A stretch of 64,000 nt of DNA from Azolla caroliniana (GCA_043228905.1 JBHGNT010000006.1:5642001-5706000); one strand, 5' to 3'; positions 1 through 13,300 are shown, counted from the stretch's first letter. Numbers and translations are program-made. The notes: generated by a model from the sequence alone, not told the origin.

Positions 1-1014
1 TGTTAGGCTCATTTATGTTGAGTCTCTTCCTCATGTATTTGTCTCTTCGGATGTCCAGTTCTCTCAACTCTTAGTTATATTGTTAATGTTTATAATAAAC
101 TCTCTCTTTTTCAAATAGTTTATTATGTGACATGGCTTACGAATATTAGCATTGCAATCTAGAAATATTTTTTTCTACAATGATGGAGCTCTGATTTGAA
201 GGACCAATTTTGAAGGAAGAACCAATTTTGCATGTCCATGAAGATACGAAGGATGCATTGTTCCGCACATCGATAGAACAATAACATCTCAAAATTCTAC
301 AACTTGGGAATCTTCAACATTATGAGTTTTTGTATGTTTGTGTGGAAAGTTAAAAGCTAGCATCCCCAAATTCTAATAAAAGTCAAAGAAAGAGGAAATA
401 TCATATCATAGATTATTTGACTAAATAAGGATTTTTGCACCACATTGTATAAGTTGTAATCATGGTCTCAATACAGACAAATCTTATAGCTTTTGAATTA
501 CCATAAGAGTCTCGGTGTGAGGCCTTTCATATCATTGAGCCATTTACATTATTCCTCCATCTAGAAGAAGCTTCTTTGCATTGATAAGCATTACAAGATG
601 TGTGTGTGTGTGGCATGGATGTAGTATTGCAACTATTATTTACACAAGTCACTTCCTACAAACCACTAAAAGATGGTTTGGTGTTTAAAGTGCACTTAAA
701 AAGCACTGCATTTTTCACACGGGATGTTAGTGAACTTTGACAATTCTAGGAGGAGGACGAACCCGGGGTCAACCTCAATAAGATGTTGCAAGAAAGTCGG
801 GCGCAATAAACAAGTCGATATTTATACTTTAGCGACTTGTTCTTTTCATGGCTAAGTGCAAACGAGGCTACGCAAGAAAACACTACATGATGTTCTTGTC
901 TTTCTAGGGGAAGGAGTGGAGAAGGGAGTAGGTTTGTACATTTCATTGTGGAAAAAGTTCCCTTCAATGTGGAAAATGTACGAATCTAAGACATGGACTT
1001 ATTATCTTTTGGGA

Positions 1015-1064
1015 TGGTACATGTGTTGAAAAGTGATGCTCAAGGAGTAATGTTGGCCTTAAGA

Positions 1065-1097
<33 letters not shown>

Positions 1098-1254
1098 GTG
1101 TGCGTATTTATGTGTAAATTTCTTGTGGAAACCCCAATGGCAAAACGAGTAATTCTCTAGAGTTATTGATGATATAGCAATTGAACTTGGTCCTATCATT
1201 ACATGTGTTAAAAAGTGGTGCTCATGAGTTCATATTGGCCTTAAGGGTTGTGTG

Positions 1255-1302
<48 letters not shown>

Positions 1303-1550
1303 TGGTGGGTGCATTTATGTGTAATTCATGTACAAATCTCAATGGCATGGCGAGTAAATCTCTGGAGGGATTGATGGTATAGCTATTCATGTGTCAAAAG
1401 GAGATGCTCATGAGTTCATGGTGGCCTTAAGATGTGTGTGCATGTGTGCGCACGCACCAGTGCATCTGTGCGTGTAATTCCTATGGAAATCCCAATGGCA
1501 TGTCAAGTAATTCTCTAGAGGTATTGACAATAAAGCTTTTCAACTTGTTC
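1015..1550. repeat. Three degenerate ~185-bp tandem units, each containing a (GT)n microsatellite
   Basis: The pattern AAAAG..TGCTCA.GAGT..TGGCCTTAAG-(GT)n-..CAATGGCA..GTAA.TCTCT.GAG recurs at ~1030, ~1212 and ~1398. Confidence 0.85.
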
Positions 1551-2146
1551 ATATCATTAGAGGGAAAAAACTAAGGCACGAAAGAGAAAGGAGGCCCAAA
1601 GGAAACGATGATAAGAAAAGGTCACTTTAGAATGAAGGAGACTAGGGGTAATGATTAAAGAAATAATCGGCGAAATATTCTTTGCCTTTTGGATCAATAT
1701 TTGTTAGAAATGAAGCGGGGATCAATTATATGTAAGGGAGTGGGGGGGCCACAAAGCAAAGACTACCGCAATATGAAGGCAAAGGTGTGAGAAGTATTAC
1801 AAAAAGAATCATGAATTGGTTAAGGATTCAAAGGCTAAGATATCTTCCAAAAGGATATTATCGTCTCCAATGAACACGAAAAAACATATAGTAAGGGATT
1901 CAACACCCATCCCCCTTTCAAGCTTCGTTTCTCTTCATAGTGTTTGTGTGAGTTGAGGTTATGTCACATGTGATCGACAAACATTACTAATCGCAACTCT
2001 CTAAATAATTGAATTTAGTTTTCAAGTAGCAATTCTTTGATGTGACCAATGCCATTCACCACCCATCTCTATCTCATGATCACTCAACAATCTTCCATAG
2101 ATTACAACTCTTACAAACCAACATCCTTGTATCTTTCTAAAACTTG

Positions 2147-2196
<50 letters not shown>

Positions 2197-5100
2197 GGAC
2201 ATCGTGGTTGATTTGCATTCTATTTCATACATTCTCCACCTCATTTAGTGGATATGACATCAGTCGTTGATCCCTTACCGTCAGAGGAAGCCTATCCATT
2301 ATTCAAAATTTGGGGGCATTATCTATATGATGTCGGCTGAACCTGTCTCCTAGTCATGACATTCACGAATCTAGATTTTAGGTAGAGATTATTTTTGAAG
2401 TAAAAGGTAAGTCTTCATTTTGGAAAACTTTATTAGAGACGTCTTGAAAAGTATGTGTGTATATGTGGGTACATATATAGTAATATGCGTAATAGGATAA
2501 GTATTACTAGGATGGGACCAAAACATGTTGTTAGATATGGGCATGCACTCTCTCACGCACACACATGCCGCATACAATTGGACTTATGAATGATTTGTAT
2601 AACACGCTTGTTGGTTAAGCCATGTGAAACCACAACCTGCAAAGCTTGAAAGACTACAAGTATTAGAGTTTTAAGAATTTCGACATAACTAGCTAGGGAA
2701 TCCTTAAGCAATAGTTAGTTCATTGGCACATTTGTAATTTGTCGGTTTTTTCGTATTGTGCTTTTAGCGTGTAATGTCTTGTTTGTCTTTAACCATTCTA
2801 TATAGATTATGTAATACTTGCAAAGCAACACTCAAAAGTGAGACTTGAGGCAATCATGCATGGAGATTCAACATGAATCCAATTATGATTTACCCTAATT
2901 TTATTAGGGAGTTAATGAAGGTACACCAATTGTATTCCTCAAACTGTAGGAAGATGCAGTTTGCATCCAACACCACCATTTCCTATTAAATTGTGTTCAA
3001 GAGTTTGTTATGGGATAGAATGGTGGACATAATTGGGAGGTGAGTCCCACCTGTATTAAGGTTGGTGCAAAGTAAGTGAGACACAACCTTCCAAAAGTGG
3101 CTACACAAATAAATAATAATAATAATTGAGATGGATTGAGAGTGGGGAGTGTAATGTTGAAGGCATCATTATCAAATGACCTCAAGTCCAAGAGGCTCTC
3201 TACAACCATCTACTACTACTACTAACCTGACTGTGTGTTGTGATTGGGAACTCATAACACTAGAAGAAATAAAGTGGTGTATGCTGGGAGTAGTTGAGTA
3301 GGGAGGCCATTGAGAGAGAGAGAGAGAGAGAGAGAGATGGCTTCCGAAACAAGGCTCTGCTCGTAGAGTCCGAGTCATCGAAATGCTCGCAATTATGATT
3401 CAACGATGAGATATCGAATATTGGTGTGGTGGTTGTTGGTGTTGTGGTAGTTATTAAAATCTAGATAAAACGGACATAGAACCTTTCTTTAGGGACCCAT
3501 TCTCAGCAATAAATCCATCCCGGAAAAACACATACACCAAAAAACTCGTCAACTTGTGTGTGTCATGTCACGTCCATGTCCATGTCCACGTCCATGTCCA
3601 TGTCATAGGAAATGAGAGAAGTTATGTAATGTATGTACATATATGTATGTAAAGATGGTAGGAGGCAGGACTCAGGAGAGAGGAATGATGATGGTGCTCA
3701 TGATGATGATGATGATGATGGGCATCGCGTGCACGTGACGTACCATACCAAAGATATATCTATCAAATATATAGGTATGCTGTGTCTAATGTATGTTATA
3801 TGTACATATTGTATGTATGTGTGTATGTATAGCATATATATATATGTATATATGCGTGGTACGTATGCTATATGGTATGGTATACATATTATGTCTGCAT
3901 ATGCAATATGTATGTATGTCGACTATGTCACATGTATGTACATATTACTTCCTATCTATCTATATGTTGTCACTTGTCTGTATTGCATATGTATGTATGT
4001 ATGTATGCATACATACATATACATATTGATACACACATGTGTATATATATGTAATGTTTGTTTGTTGTCAATGTTTTCTTTTAGTTAGTACTCATTATTA
4101 AAGTTTTGTATTATGTACCTACCTCATCTCTGCTCTGATCTCTGTGTTCCCTGCGCCTTCTCTGTATTATCATCCATCATCTGTCGCTACATATAAATAA
4201 TCAGCGACAGTTTGCTGCTACTGCTGCTCCTGCTCCTGCTCCTGCTTTTATTCAACCAATATCATTGAATTTAGCTTCCTTTTTTCCTTTTTTTGCCGGT
4301 AACTATTTCTCTAACACCAACAGTAGTATGATTTCATATAATGCCTCTCGAATTTCGGTTTTGGCGTTTGGATGGTGTCTGATGTCTGATGTCTGATGTC
4401 TGATTTCATATATATGTCTGATGTCTGATATTAATATAGCATGAGTTCCATACATATGTAATGAATGCTCTCTCTTTAAGCATCCAATCCATCCATGGTG
4501 GTGTGGCGGTTTCTAACTAACACTTTGCGATTAATATTCATACAAATACCCTACCACTAATAGCAGTTTATAGAATAATTAAGCCCTGCGACGAGATTAA
4601 TAAAGTCCTGCTAATTAAAAACATGCCACGGTTGATGTCGTTATTGTTATCGAATGATGAAGAACTGATGGAATTAATTAGAGAAAACTGAAAGATTTTT
4701 AATAGCAACTCTCCAGCCATGGAATTAATTAGAGAAAACTTGATATGGCTGTCTAGGCTCTATAGAAGGCGATTGAGAATATTAATGCTTATTACTGAAA
4801 AGGTTTTCTGAGCGAGTGTACACTAGACCGTACTCCCACTACATTGACAGTTTTAATTCACATCTATACATTATTGGTAGTCTAAACCCTAAAGATCCTT
4901 GGCTTGCTTGGCATTGCTGCTGGAGCAGTGATGTGTTCCTTAGATAACGAGCAGTTGGAAGCAGGAGATTAATTCTGCACATACTTCAGAGGATCTTACA
5001 GTGGCAAAGAAATTAATAGCACCTCTAAGGTGTACTTGAGGACAGATAATTAGAGACTAAAGCACCTTCCTTAACAGTGCCGGATCTCCTTGATAATTAA

Positions 5101-5759
5101 AATACAGTGAGATCTTATTAAGGCAACTAGGTTAAACCCTCCCTAATTAGGTGCCTGCATATATGTATGTGTTTCCCCTTCCCCTCCTCCTCTCTAACTT
5201 CTTCCCGCAGCCTGATTAAGGCCGAGTGCAGGTTGCACTTCTGATCTACTCCGGACGGATACATTCCATTCCAGATCACGATTTGATTAAACACGGTCTC
5301 TACATTAATACAAGTCCATGCAGCTTGGGCTAATTAGGTCATAATCATGATGACCTAATGCTGCCTTCTGCTTAATCCCTCTAATATGTTTCGTAACTAG
5401 TTCATCTTTCTTGGTAATAGGCTCTGTCCACTTATATCAGGCTTTGATCTATATGCTTAAACATACCATAGAGCCATGGCCTCATTCTTGGTCTCGTCTC
5501 TATCTTGACATGATTCTCCAATATCCATTGAAACAATCCAATCCAATCCAGTGCTGCAATGAGTTTAAAAAAAAAAAGGTTTAATAGATCTTTGTAGCAA
5601 GTTCATTTTCATCAAGAATCTGACACAGCTCCATTTTGCATGTGGTATCTTTCTTTTCTTTTCTTTTTGTAGAGAGACTTATAATCGAAACCCTAAACCC
5701 TAATGTCTTTGTTTTGATTTTGGTTCACCTTCCTATATATATATATATATTGTAGACGC

Positions 5760-5790
<31 letters not shown>

Positions 5791-5870
5791 GGTGGGGTGA
5801 GTGAGATCTACAAGCGGGGATCTGAGAATCAACTCTGAATGTCTGTGGGGGAGGAGGAGAGATCGTGTCC

Positions 5871-6034
5871 ATGTCCGTGTCCATGTCCGAGGAGGCGGGA
5901 GGGGATTCAGCAGACAATTATTATATGCGAGGCAAGAGGAGGAGGAGGAGGAGGAGGAGGAGGAGGAGATCGGATCGTATACTACTAAACCCGACAACCC
6001 TAATTCTTGATCTAGGGCCTTCAGCGACGACAAT

Positions 6035-6073
<39 letters not shown>

Positions 6074-7451
6074 CGACACAGACATGGCAGGTGCAGAGAT
6101 GTGGGAGACGGACAAAAATTATGGGTTGGTGTACAAGATGGAGGCCTTGCATTCGATGCTGAAGGGGGAATACACGGAGGAGAGCACGGGGGCACGGACG
6201 ATCCGACAGGGCGGCGGTGGGAAGGACCGGCACAGCAAAGTGTTGACGGCCCGGGGCCCCCGGGACCGGCGTGTCCGGCTTTCGGTCGCCACGGCCATCC
6301 GCTTCTATGATCTTCAGGACCGGCTTGGCCTAGACCAGCCCAGCAAGGCCGTCGACTGGCTCCTCCGCCAAGCCAAACCCGCCATCGATTCCCTCCCCGC
6401 TCTCCGCATCTCCCACCTCTCCGCCTCCACCGCCTCTATCTCCCGAAGCTCCACCATCACTACCACCGATTTAGCCTCCCCCCATGCCCCCATCGATTCT
6501 CCTTCCCTCCTCCTTCCCCCGCCTCTCCCCCACCCTGCAGATCTTTCGATTACCTATCACAAGAAAAGATTCAAACCCTGTTCTCATCTTCATGATGATG
6601 GTGATGGTGATGATGATGATGATGATGATGATGATGGTGCTCATGCTTCCTCCCAACCTCGCTCTTCCATCTTGATTGATGCTTGGCTCTCTGCACACGC
6701 CCGCACATTGAAAGCCGAGCTGCTCGACCGCCCGGATTTGCCCAATCCAGATCCCGCTAATTGTAGCACTGGCTGCAGAGATTATGGCTATCGAAACCTG
6801 GCATCGGATTATCCCAACGGCGCCGTCCATTCATCCAGCAGTAGCTGTCATAATTCCGCCATTCCATCATCCAATCACATCATGATGAGGAACCCTAATT
6901 GGCCATGCAAATCCTCTTCTTCTTCTTCTTCCAGTACCTGGGCTATCCCCTCATCGGCTAACTACCCCACTAACCACACCTTTAATCCTCATGGGCCCCT
7001 CGCTAATTACCCACCAACTTGCGCACAGAAATCCCTAACCATGACCGTGGCTACTGAATCAGACGGCGGCCCGAATTATCACGAACCTGGCAACCATGAT
7101 CGACCTCATTATAATCACCAACCCACATCGATCCCTAGTAACGCCATGTTCAGCAGCACAAGCTATCAAAAGGTTTCCCAATTTGGAAGGATTGGAGACA
7201 TCCCTGAGCATGGAAATGTTGCCCAATCCGGAAGAAGCAGCCATAATAATCATGAAGATGAAGAAAAGGTTTCCCAGTTTGGGACATGTGGTCAAACTAC
7301 CGCAACTTACAACGTGCCGTCCCACACACGTCTAGAAGAAGCCTCCCCTCCAAATGTAGAGGCCCCGCCAAATCTAGTTGGAGTTAATAATAATAAGGTA
7401 ACCAGCAATTCATTATACTATGCTTACATTCACCAACACTTTTTGTTGTAA
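5871..7451 (+). CDS. TCP: Class II (CIN-like) TCP transcription factor, intronless; true start may be the ATG at 6084
   Basis: TCP domain [48 protein letters not shown] is typical of CIN-clade TCPs. The first in-frame ATG is at 5871 (ORF-track start 5865 is GTG). The ATG at 6084 (ACATGGC) has better context and skips the poly-R and poly-T tracts. Confidence 0.93.
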
Positions 7452-10302
7452 ATTATGATGAGGACCACCAAGTGCAGGTCTAAACCTTGTAACTCAAGAA
7501 ACTAACACATGCATCTAAAACCATATATGTACATGTATATGGCTATGTATATGTATAAGTGTAGCCCCACGATTGTAAGGAGGGGGGGGGGGGGGGGCTC
7601 CCTCGGCTTTTCTTTGTTCGTCCGCGAGCATCTAGGTTCTCTTCTTTAAAAATCTAGCAAACGGCTAAGAGTTTATGTAGCGTGCCGCTTTCATGTGTTT
7701 TAATGTGCATTGGACCGTGTATCGTCACCACCCTTTACAACTACTCTATTCATGTTTATACAACTCTATATATATCACATAGCCCCATGCCCAATGACAC
7801 ACAATGTGTCGGCCCTTGCATTCATCCCCACATCTAGCATTACCAATGTTGTCGCCACAATATCGTAAAATTATTCCCTATTATTTATTTATTTATTCAG
7901 TTTTTTTTTTCTCGAGATATATCACACAATTATATTAGTTATTTGTAAAACCCACCCATTGCAACAGATATTTTTGCCTCCCCCCATATGTCTCTTTAAT
8001 TGAGGGACATTCCCCAACCCATCAAAAGAGCCTTGTATCTACATGATGGAAATAATTTCCCTACACACCCATGCTTGCCGCACAAGTATGTATGCATTTC
8101 GGCTTTTTGACATGTACAGTTTATGGAGTATGTTTCCCCCCTATCTCTCATACTCAAGGAAACTCAAAATTTTGCTTCCATACTACTCTACCAATAAATT
8201 CAATGATTCAACCCTCTATCGAGGGTTTTAGAACTTAATTTGAAATTCCATTTTTTTTCTTTAAAATTGTGATATTTAAGTTTGTTTCCAAGGCCGAGCA
8301 TGTCATCACTATTGTTTTCACACAATCAATGGATACTCATCGGTTCACACAATTGTAGCTCATGAAGCGCTTTTAACAAAAAAAAAATGTTGATATTTTA
8401 TGACTATTAGATTGGTGTCATCATACCCACCATGGTTTTGCATTATCCATGATCAAACTATCGTTAGATCTTTTATTGTGATGTTTTGCTCACAAAGAAC
8501 ACACATGTTAGTATTTCTTTACATTGTGATGTACATAGATCAATCGGATTATGAATGTTTATTGTTAATTCCTCTTTCAAGTTCATTCGCCATCTTTGTA
8601 TTATCAACACGCAAATAAAATAAACTCCATCCCTTTGTGATATCAATGCATATATGTACCTTGTTGAGCATATTTAGAGCTTCAGAACACGTATCAATCA
8701 AGTACCAATATGTGTATCAATCCTAGAAAGGCTAGTGATCATGAATAGGATGCGCTCATCACTCAAGTATGAATATATGTATAATTCCTAGACAGGCTTG
8801 AGATCCTATTGGGCATGCATAGGGTCATGCATGGCTCATATATAAGTTAATTTATGACACGTTTCAAGTTGACAGAAGTTGTTTAAACAAAGGGAATGCC
8901 TTCAAGTGTCAGTAATAAAAATCAACATTTAATGGATGTTGAGGAAGAATTTATGAGTTCTTAGCATGGGAAAGAAAATTCATAATAGTTCACATGTTTG
9001 TTACATATAGGTGTTAAAAGTTTAGTTTAATGAGGTCAATATTAATCTATCTAGGGGGTTTAGGGTTCAAGATTCCATATTATGTTTGCTTAGTTGGTCT
9101 TGTTCTTGATATTGTATTACATTACTAATCGCAAATATATTAGTATTGCTTCACATTGTCTATCATTTCTTTGACCTAATATTTGACAGAAAGGTTGCAA
9201 TCTAGATCATCAATGCAATGATGTTGATTCTTCTTATCGCTCCTTACTTATGTGCATGGTATACATTCACTTACAACCATCTTACAAACATTGATCCAAC
9301 TTTGTTTTACATCATCGTAGCATATTCCTTAATATGTGTCAATTCATTCTCCATATGTTTGATTCTCGCAATTGTTGCATGTTGGCCTTCATTATAAGTT
9401 TCAATGAAACTATCAAATTGCTTTCATGCAATTATAAGACATTTTATGGTTTCTTCTTGTGGAAGCCTTATAGCTTGTATTATTGTTGATGTGATCAGCA
9501 AATTATGAATGATAACTCTACCATTATACTTCTTGTTAGGAAAAGAGAAAGTTATTTGGAATCAAATGAATCTTGGCCTCAATTAATACTCTACATATCA
9601 ATATCTCCCAATTCTCCCTCATATGTCTTCACAATTTCACATCCATCTACTTGTCAAGAAGTTTCATGCCCTCTTCTTATGAACCCAACCATCATGTGCT
9701 CATTTTCTGTTACAAATAAACATGGAATAATATGTACTAGAAAGCTAGATATAAACCAACCAACATCCTAAGGCAACCTACCTTTGTACATGGATCGACA
9801 TGTTGGAGACTTGGAAGTGTTGTCTTTGTATTTACATATCTCCGTGTAGATCATTCTAGGAACCGCTATGCACGATACATGATGCTCTAAGTACTAAGTA
9901 GGTAGGTCAAATATACATATTGAGAGTCCCGAGGCTTCCCGACTATTGTATTGTATTGTAATGTGTTGAACTGGTTGTATCATTTCCTTGACATTGTTGA
10001 AATGGTCGAGGACAAACCAGCTTACGTAACTAATGCTTTGATCAAGATGAGAGAGGAACCGATCTAGAGGTAACAACACGAGATTCAAACTCTTGCACCT
10101 TAAGTGGTTTACATACTCTTAGGACTAGAGGTAACAATGCGAAGTTGTGTTGAAAGAAAGATCGATCTACAGGTAACAACAGGAGACTCGAACTCTCGCC
10201 CCTTGAAGAGGTTTATTTACATAATACCCTTAGGACTGGGGTCCATGGCAAGGAAGGTTCATGACAAACTCCATTTTAATGGAATTAGTGAACAAGATCA
10301 AG

Positions 10303-10410
10303 GTTTAGGGTTTTAGCAGTCCGTCTTGGGCATCCAGGTTTTTACAAAGAAAGCCATGAAAGCTCATTGGATGGTCTATCAGGTTTAGGGTTTGGGAAAC
10401 ATCTTTAGGG
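10303..10410 (-). promoter_or_regulatory. Telo-box motifs (AAACCCTA) just upstream of the PORR gene
   Basis: TTTAGGGTTT at ~10304 and ~10384 and TTTAGGGT at ~10404. Similar boxes occur at 5688-5702 before the TCP gene and at ~33749 and ~33817. Confidence 0.5.
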
Positions 10411-10444
10411 TGCTCTCTCTTTTAGGGGCCTTGGCAATAAGGCC

Positions 10445-12346
10445 ATGAAGCTTGTTGCAGAGCTATGGAACAGGGGATCACAATTTGTGCATAGCATGGG
10501 TCCAAATATTCGTTTTCTTCACTCGTCTTTTGACAAAAAGAAGCTTTTGATTGAACCCAAATCTGATAAAGAAAGGTTGAAACTCGGGCTTCCTCTGAGA
10601 GAGCCATGGTTTGAGATAAAACCTTTTAATGAGAAGAAGAAGAACTTCATCCTTGGCTTGAAAGAGATCTTAAACTCTCAGCCTTCCCAGAGCATAGAAG
10701 TAGCTGATTTAGGTCAATGCAGAGAAGAACTGGATATTATGAAAGCGGGGAAACAGAAGAAAATCGCAATATATGTCCGGAAATACCCACGAGCTTTCAC
10801 TCTTCATTCTTGTTATAACCATAACAATAGGAAGAGGACATGGTGTAAATTCAATGGAGAGGCTCAGAGGCTTCTAGAAGAGGAGAGAGAGATATTTGAT
10901 CGATTCGAACCTCAGCTAGTGGAAAAACTACGGAAGGTTCTAATGATCTCAATGAAAAAACGCCTCCGAATCGATGCACTTGAACGAGTAAGAGAATCTC
11001 TTGGTTTGCCTTTTGATTTCAAAGAGAGGTTAGTAAAAAAATACCCACAGTTTTTCTCTCTTAAAGAGAGGAAAGGCTGGCTGTATGTTGAACTTTGTGG
11101 TGATTGGGATGAAGGTCTAGCTGTTTCTACTCTTGAAAAGAATGCACTGGTTCCGAATGAAGGAAAATCCAAAAAGAAGAAGATGAAGAAGAATGCCATG
11201 AATCTTGGAGATGATATTGCTTTGCAATCTATAACAGAGGACAATGAACAGGAGAGCCTATTAAATGCCCCTGTTGTGCAGGGAAATAGTCGACGAATCT
11301 CAACCAATTCAGAAGATGTATGTCACGGAATCTTGAGCAAAGATTTGCAGTGTGTTTGTCCAGGGATGTCAACGGAGGATTCAGAAGACGAACATCAGGG
11401 AATCTTGAGTGAAGATGCAGAATATGTTCGTAGTGTGCCGACAGAGGATTTTGAATATGTGCATCGACCATTCAAGGAAGATGAACATGTTCATAATGGA
11501 GTCTTAACTGAGGATACACAATCTGTGCATTGGGACTCACATCAAGGAATCTCAACTGAGGATGGAGAAATTCATCAGCAAATCTCGGTTGAGGGTTCAG
11601 AATATGTTCATCAAGGAATGTTGATTGAGGATTTGAAATATGCAATTCAGACCAAGGATCCAGAGCCTACGACTGCAGAAGACAAGCTACATGTTGATCT
11701 ATCAAATATAGGCGATGACTCTTTCGGAGATACACAATGCTTGCGTTTCCCATGGAAGAATAAAAAGGGGCTTCAGCCCAGAAGGAAGAAGGCAGAGAAG
11801 ATTGAAGAATTTCAATCTTTGCCTTATGTTTCACCATACAAAAATTCTCGTGATTTGGATCTTTCACCAGATTCTATTGAGGCAGAGAAATTTGCAGTGG
11901 CTGTAGTTCATGAGTTCCTAAGCCTTACATTAGAGAAAAGGGCGACAATAGATCAGTTACAGCAACTTTGCAAGCCATATCGGCTACCGCATTGTTTGGT
12001 AGATTTTTTTATCAAATATGATGGAATCTTCTATGTCGTAAAAGGGGAAAAGAGATCACACGTGTTCTTGAAAGAAGCTTATAAAGAATCATTATTGATT
12101 GAGAAAGAACCATTGGTTGTTTGGCAAGAACGTTTCGTAGAGTTTTGTGTTGGCAGCAACATTGAGCAAGATGAAGCTATAAAAGGGAAAGAAGTGATAG
12201 AAAAGAAGAAACCTGTTCTTAAAGGGTATTATTTTAAGGGGTCAGAAGAATACTTTGGGAAAGAGGGTTACAAAGTTCCCTCTTTAAAAGCAAGTCTTGG
12301 ACTTGATCGAAGTAAGAAGCCACCAGAACGTAGATGTAATGGATAA
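10445..12346 (+). CDS. PORR (plant organelle RNA recognition) domain protein, WTF1/RPD1 family, with a large acidic repeat insertion
   Basis: Intronless 633-aa ORF with PORR-type motifs RKYPRAF, LVEKLRKVLMISMKKRL, LGLPFDF..LVKKYPQFF, WDEGLAVS, FQSLPYVSPY, EKFAVAVVHEFLSLTLEKR and GIFYV..VFLKEAY. The N-terminus resembles a transit peptide. Confidence 0.9.
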   Translation: MKLVAELWNRGSQFVHSMGPNIRFLHSSFDKKKLLIEPKSDKERLKLGLPLREPWFEIKPFNEKKKNFILGLKEILNSQPSQSIEVADLGQCREELDIMKAGKQKKIAIYVRKYPRAFTLHSCYNHNNRKRTWCKFNGEAQRLLEEEREIFDRFEPQLVEKLRKVLMISMKKRLRIDALERVRESLGLPFDFKERLVKKYPQFFSLKERKGWLYVELCGDWDEGLAVSTLEKNALVPNEGKSKKKKMKKNAMNLGDDIALQSITEDNEQESLLNAPVVQGNSRRISTNSEDVCHGILSKDLQCVCPGMSTEDSEDEHQGILSEDAEYVRSVPTEDFEYVHRPFKEDEHVHNGVLTEDTQSVHWDSHQGISTEDGEIHQQISVEGSEYVHQGMLIEDLKYAIQTKDPEPTTAEDKLHVDLSNIGDDSFGDTQCLRFPWKNKKGLQPRRKKAEKIEEFQSLPYVSPYKNSRDLDLSPDSIEAEKFAVAVVHEFLSLTLEKRATIDQLQQLCKPYRLPHCLVDFFIKYDGIFYVVKGEKRSHVFLKEAYKESLLIEKEPLVVWQERFVEFCVGSNIEQDEAIKGKEVIEKKKPVLKGYYFKGSEEYFGKEGYKVPSLKASLGLDRSKKPPERRCNG

Positions 12347-13000
12347 ATATGTACATATTGTTTATTCAGCATGAGAAACAATGCTAAACGACTAACATCT
12401 GGAGATATTTAGAAAACATATCCAACTCCAAAGCAATTCATTGGAAGTTCATTTGGTGCTGTTTACATTAAATGAGTCAAACCTGGTGAAAACTAGAAAT
12501 CATTAAGTCTCATGTTTTTCATTATTTTATGAATGTTAAAAAAACATTGATAGTAAGAATATGAGTAGGTAATCGTGTTTTAGCCTTCCAAGAACTCACG
12601 CTATCCCTCTGTTGTCTTATGTGTAGGCTGTGGATCATTGTAATGTATGTTGCTTGATAGCATTGATTATGCTATAAACTAGATATAATCTATAATATTT
12701 GCATCCATGAGGATTATTCTAATTAGTAATTGTTAAGGAAATAGATTAAGCCTTGTTCTAGAGAGAGAACAGTCTATATCAGGGTTCTGATTAAACATCG
12801 TGGTGAGGCAGAAAGAGTAGCAATGAAACAAAATAACTGTGGTAACTGTCATGAGAAATTTTGAATGTTTTGATCAGAACTTTTATATCTCTTGATAATA
12901 AGACTTATGGTAATGTAGAGAACACATACATTGGCTACAGTATGAAATTACGAATTACAATACGCACAGGGTATTAATGTAAATATATTCACCATATATT

Positions 13001-13300
13001 CACAAACACCAGAAATGACAAATATCATATAATCAAAGTGGCCGTAACATAAATATAAAATACCTTTCAAAAACTTGTCTAGTAAAGCAGTTTGAATCAA
13101 CCTTCACAGGATAGTCACATTTCAATGCACTTCATTATTTGAACCCAAAACACAAACACCAGAAATGACAAATATCATATATTCAAAGTGGCCGTAACAT
13201 AAATATAAAATACCTTTCAAAAACTTGTCTAGTAAAGCAGTTTGAATCAACCTTCACAGGATAGTCACATTTCAATGCACTTCATTATTTGAACCCAAAA
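13001..13300. repeat. 150-bp tandem duplication
   Basis: 13001-13150 matches 13151-13300 with one mismatch seen (AATCAAAG/ATTCAAAG). Confidence 0.95.

Noticed and set aside
3633-4088. ORFs of 60-151 aa rich in Y/V/C/M/I (also at 36932-37278, 39813-40220 and 45553-46340)
   Set aside because: These are translations of (TA/TG/CATA) microsatellite-rich intronic or intergenic DNA with no domain signal.
5688-5702. TTTAGGG/CCCTAAA motifs as an interstitial telomere
   Set aside because: Only 1-2 copies occur at each site, near gene starts, which fits telo-boxes better.
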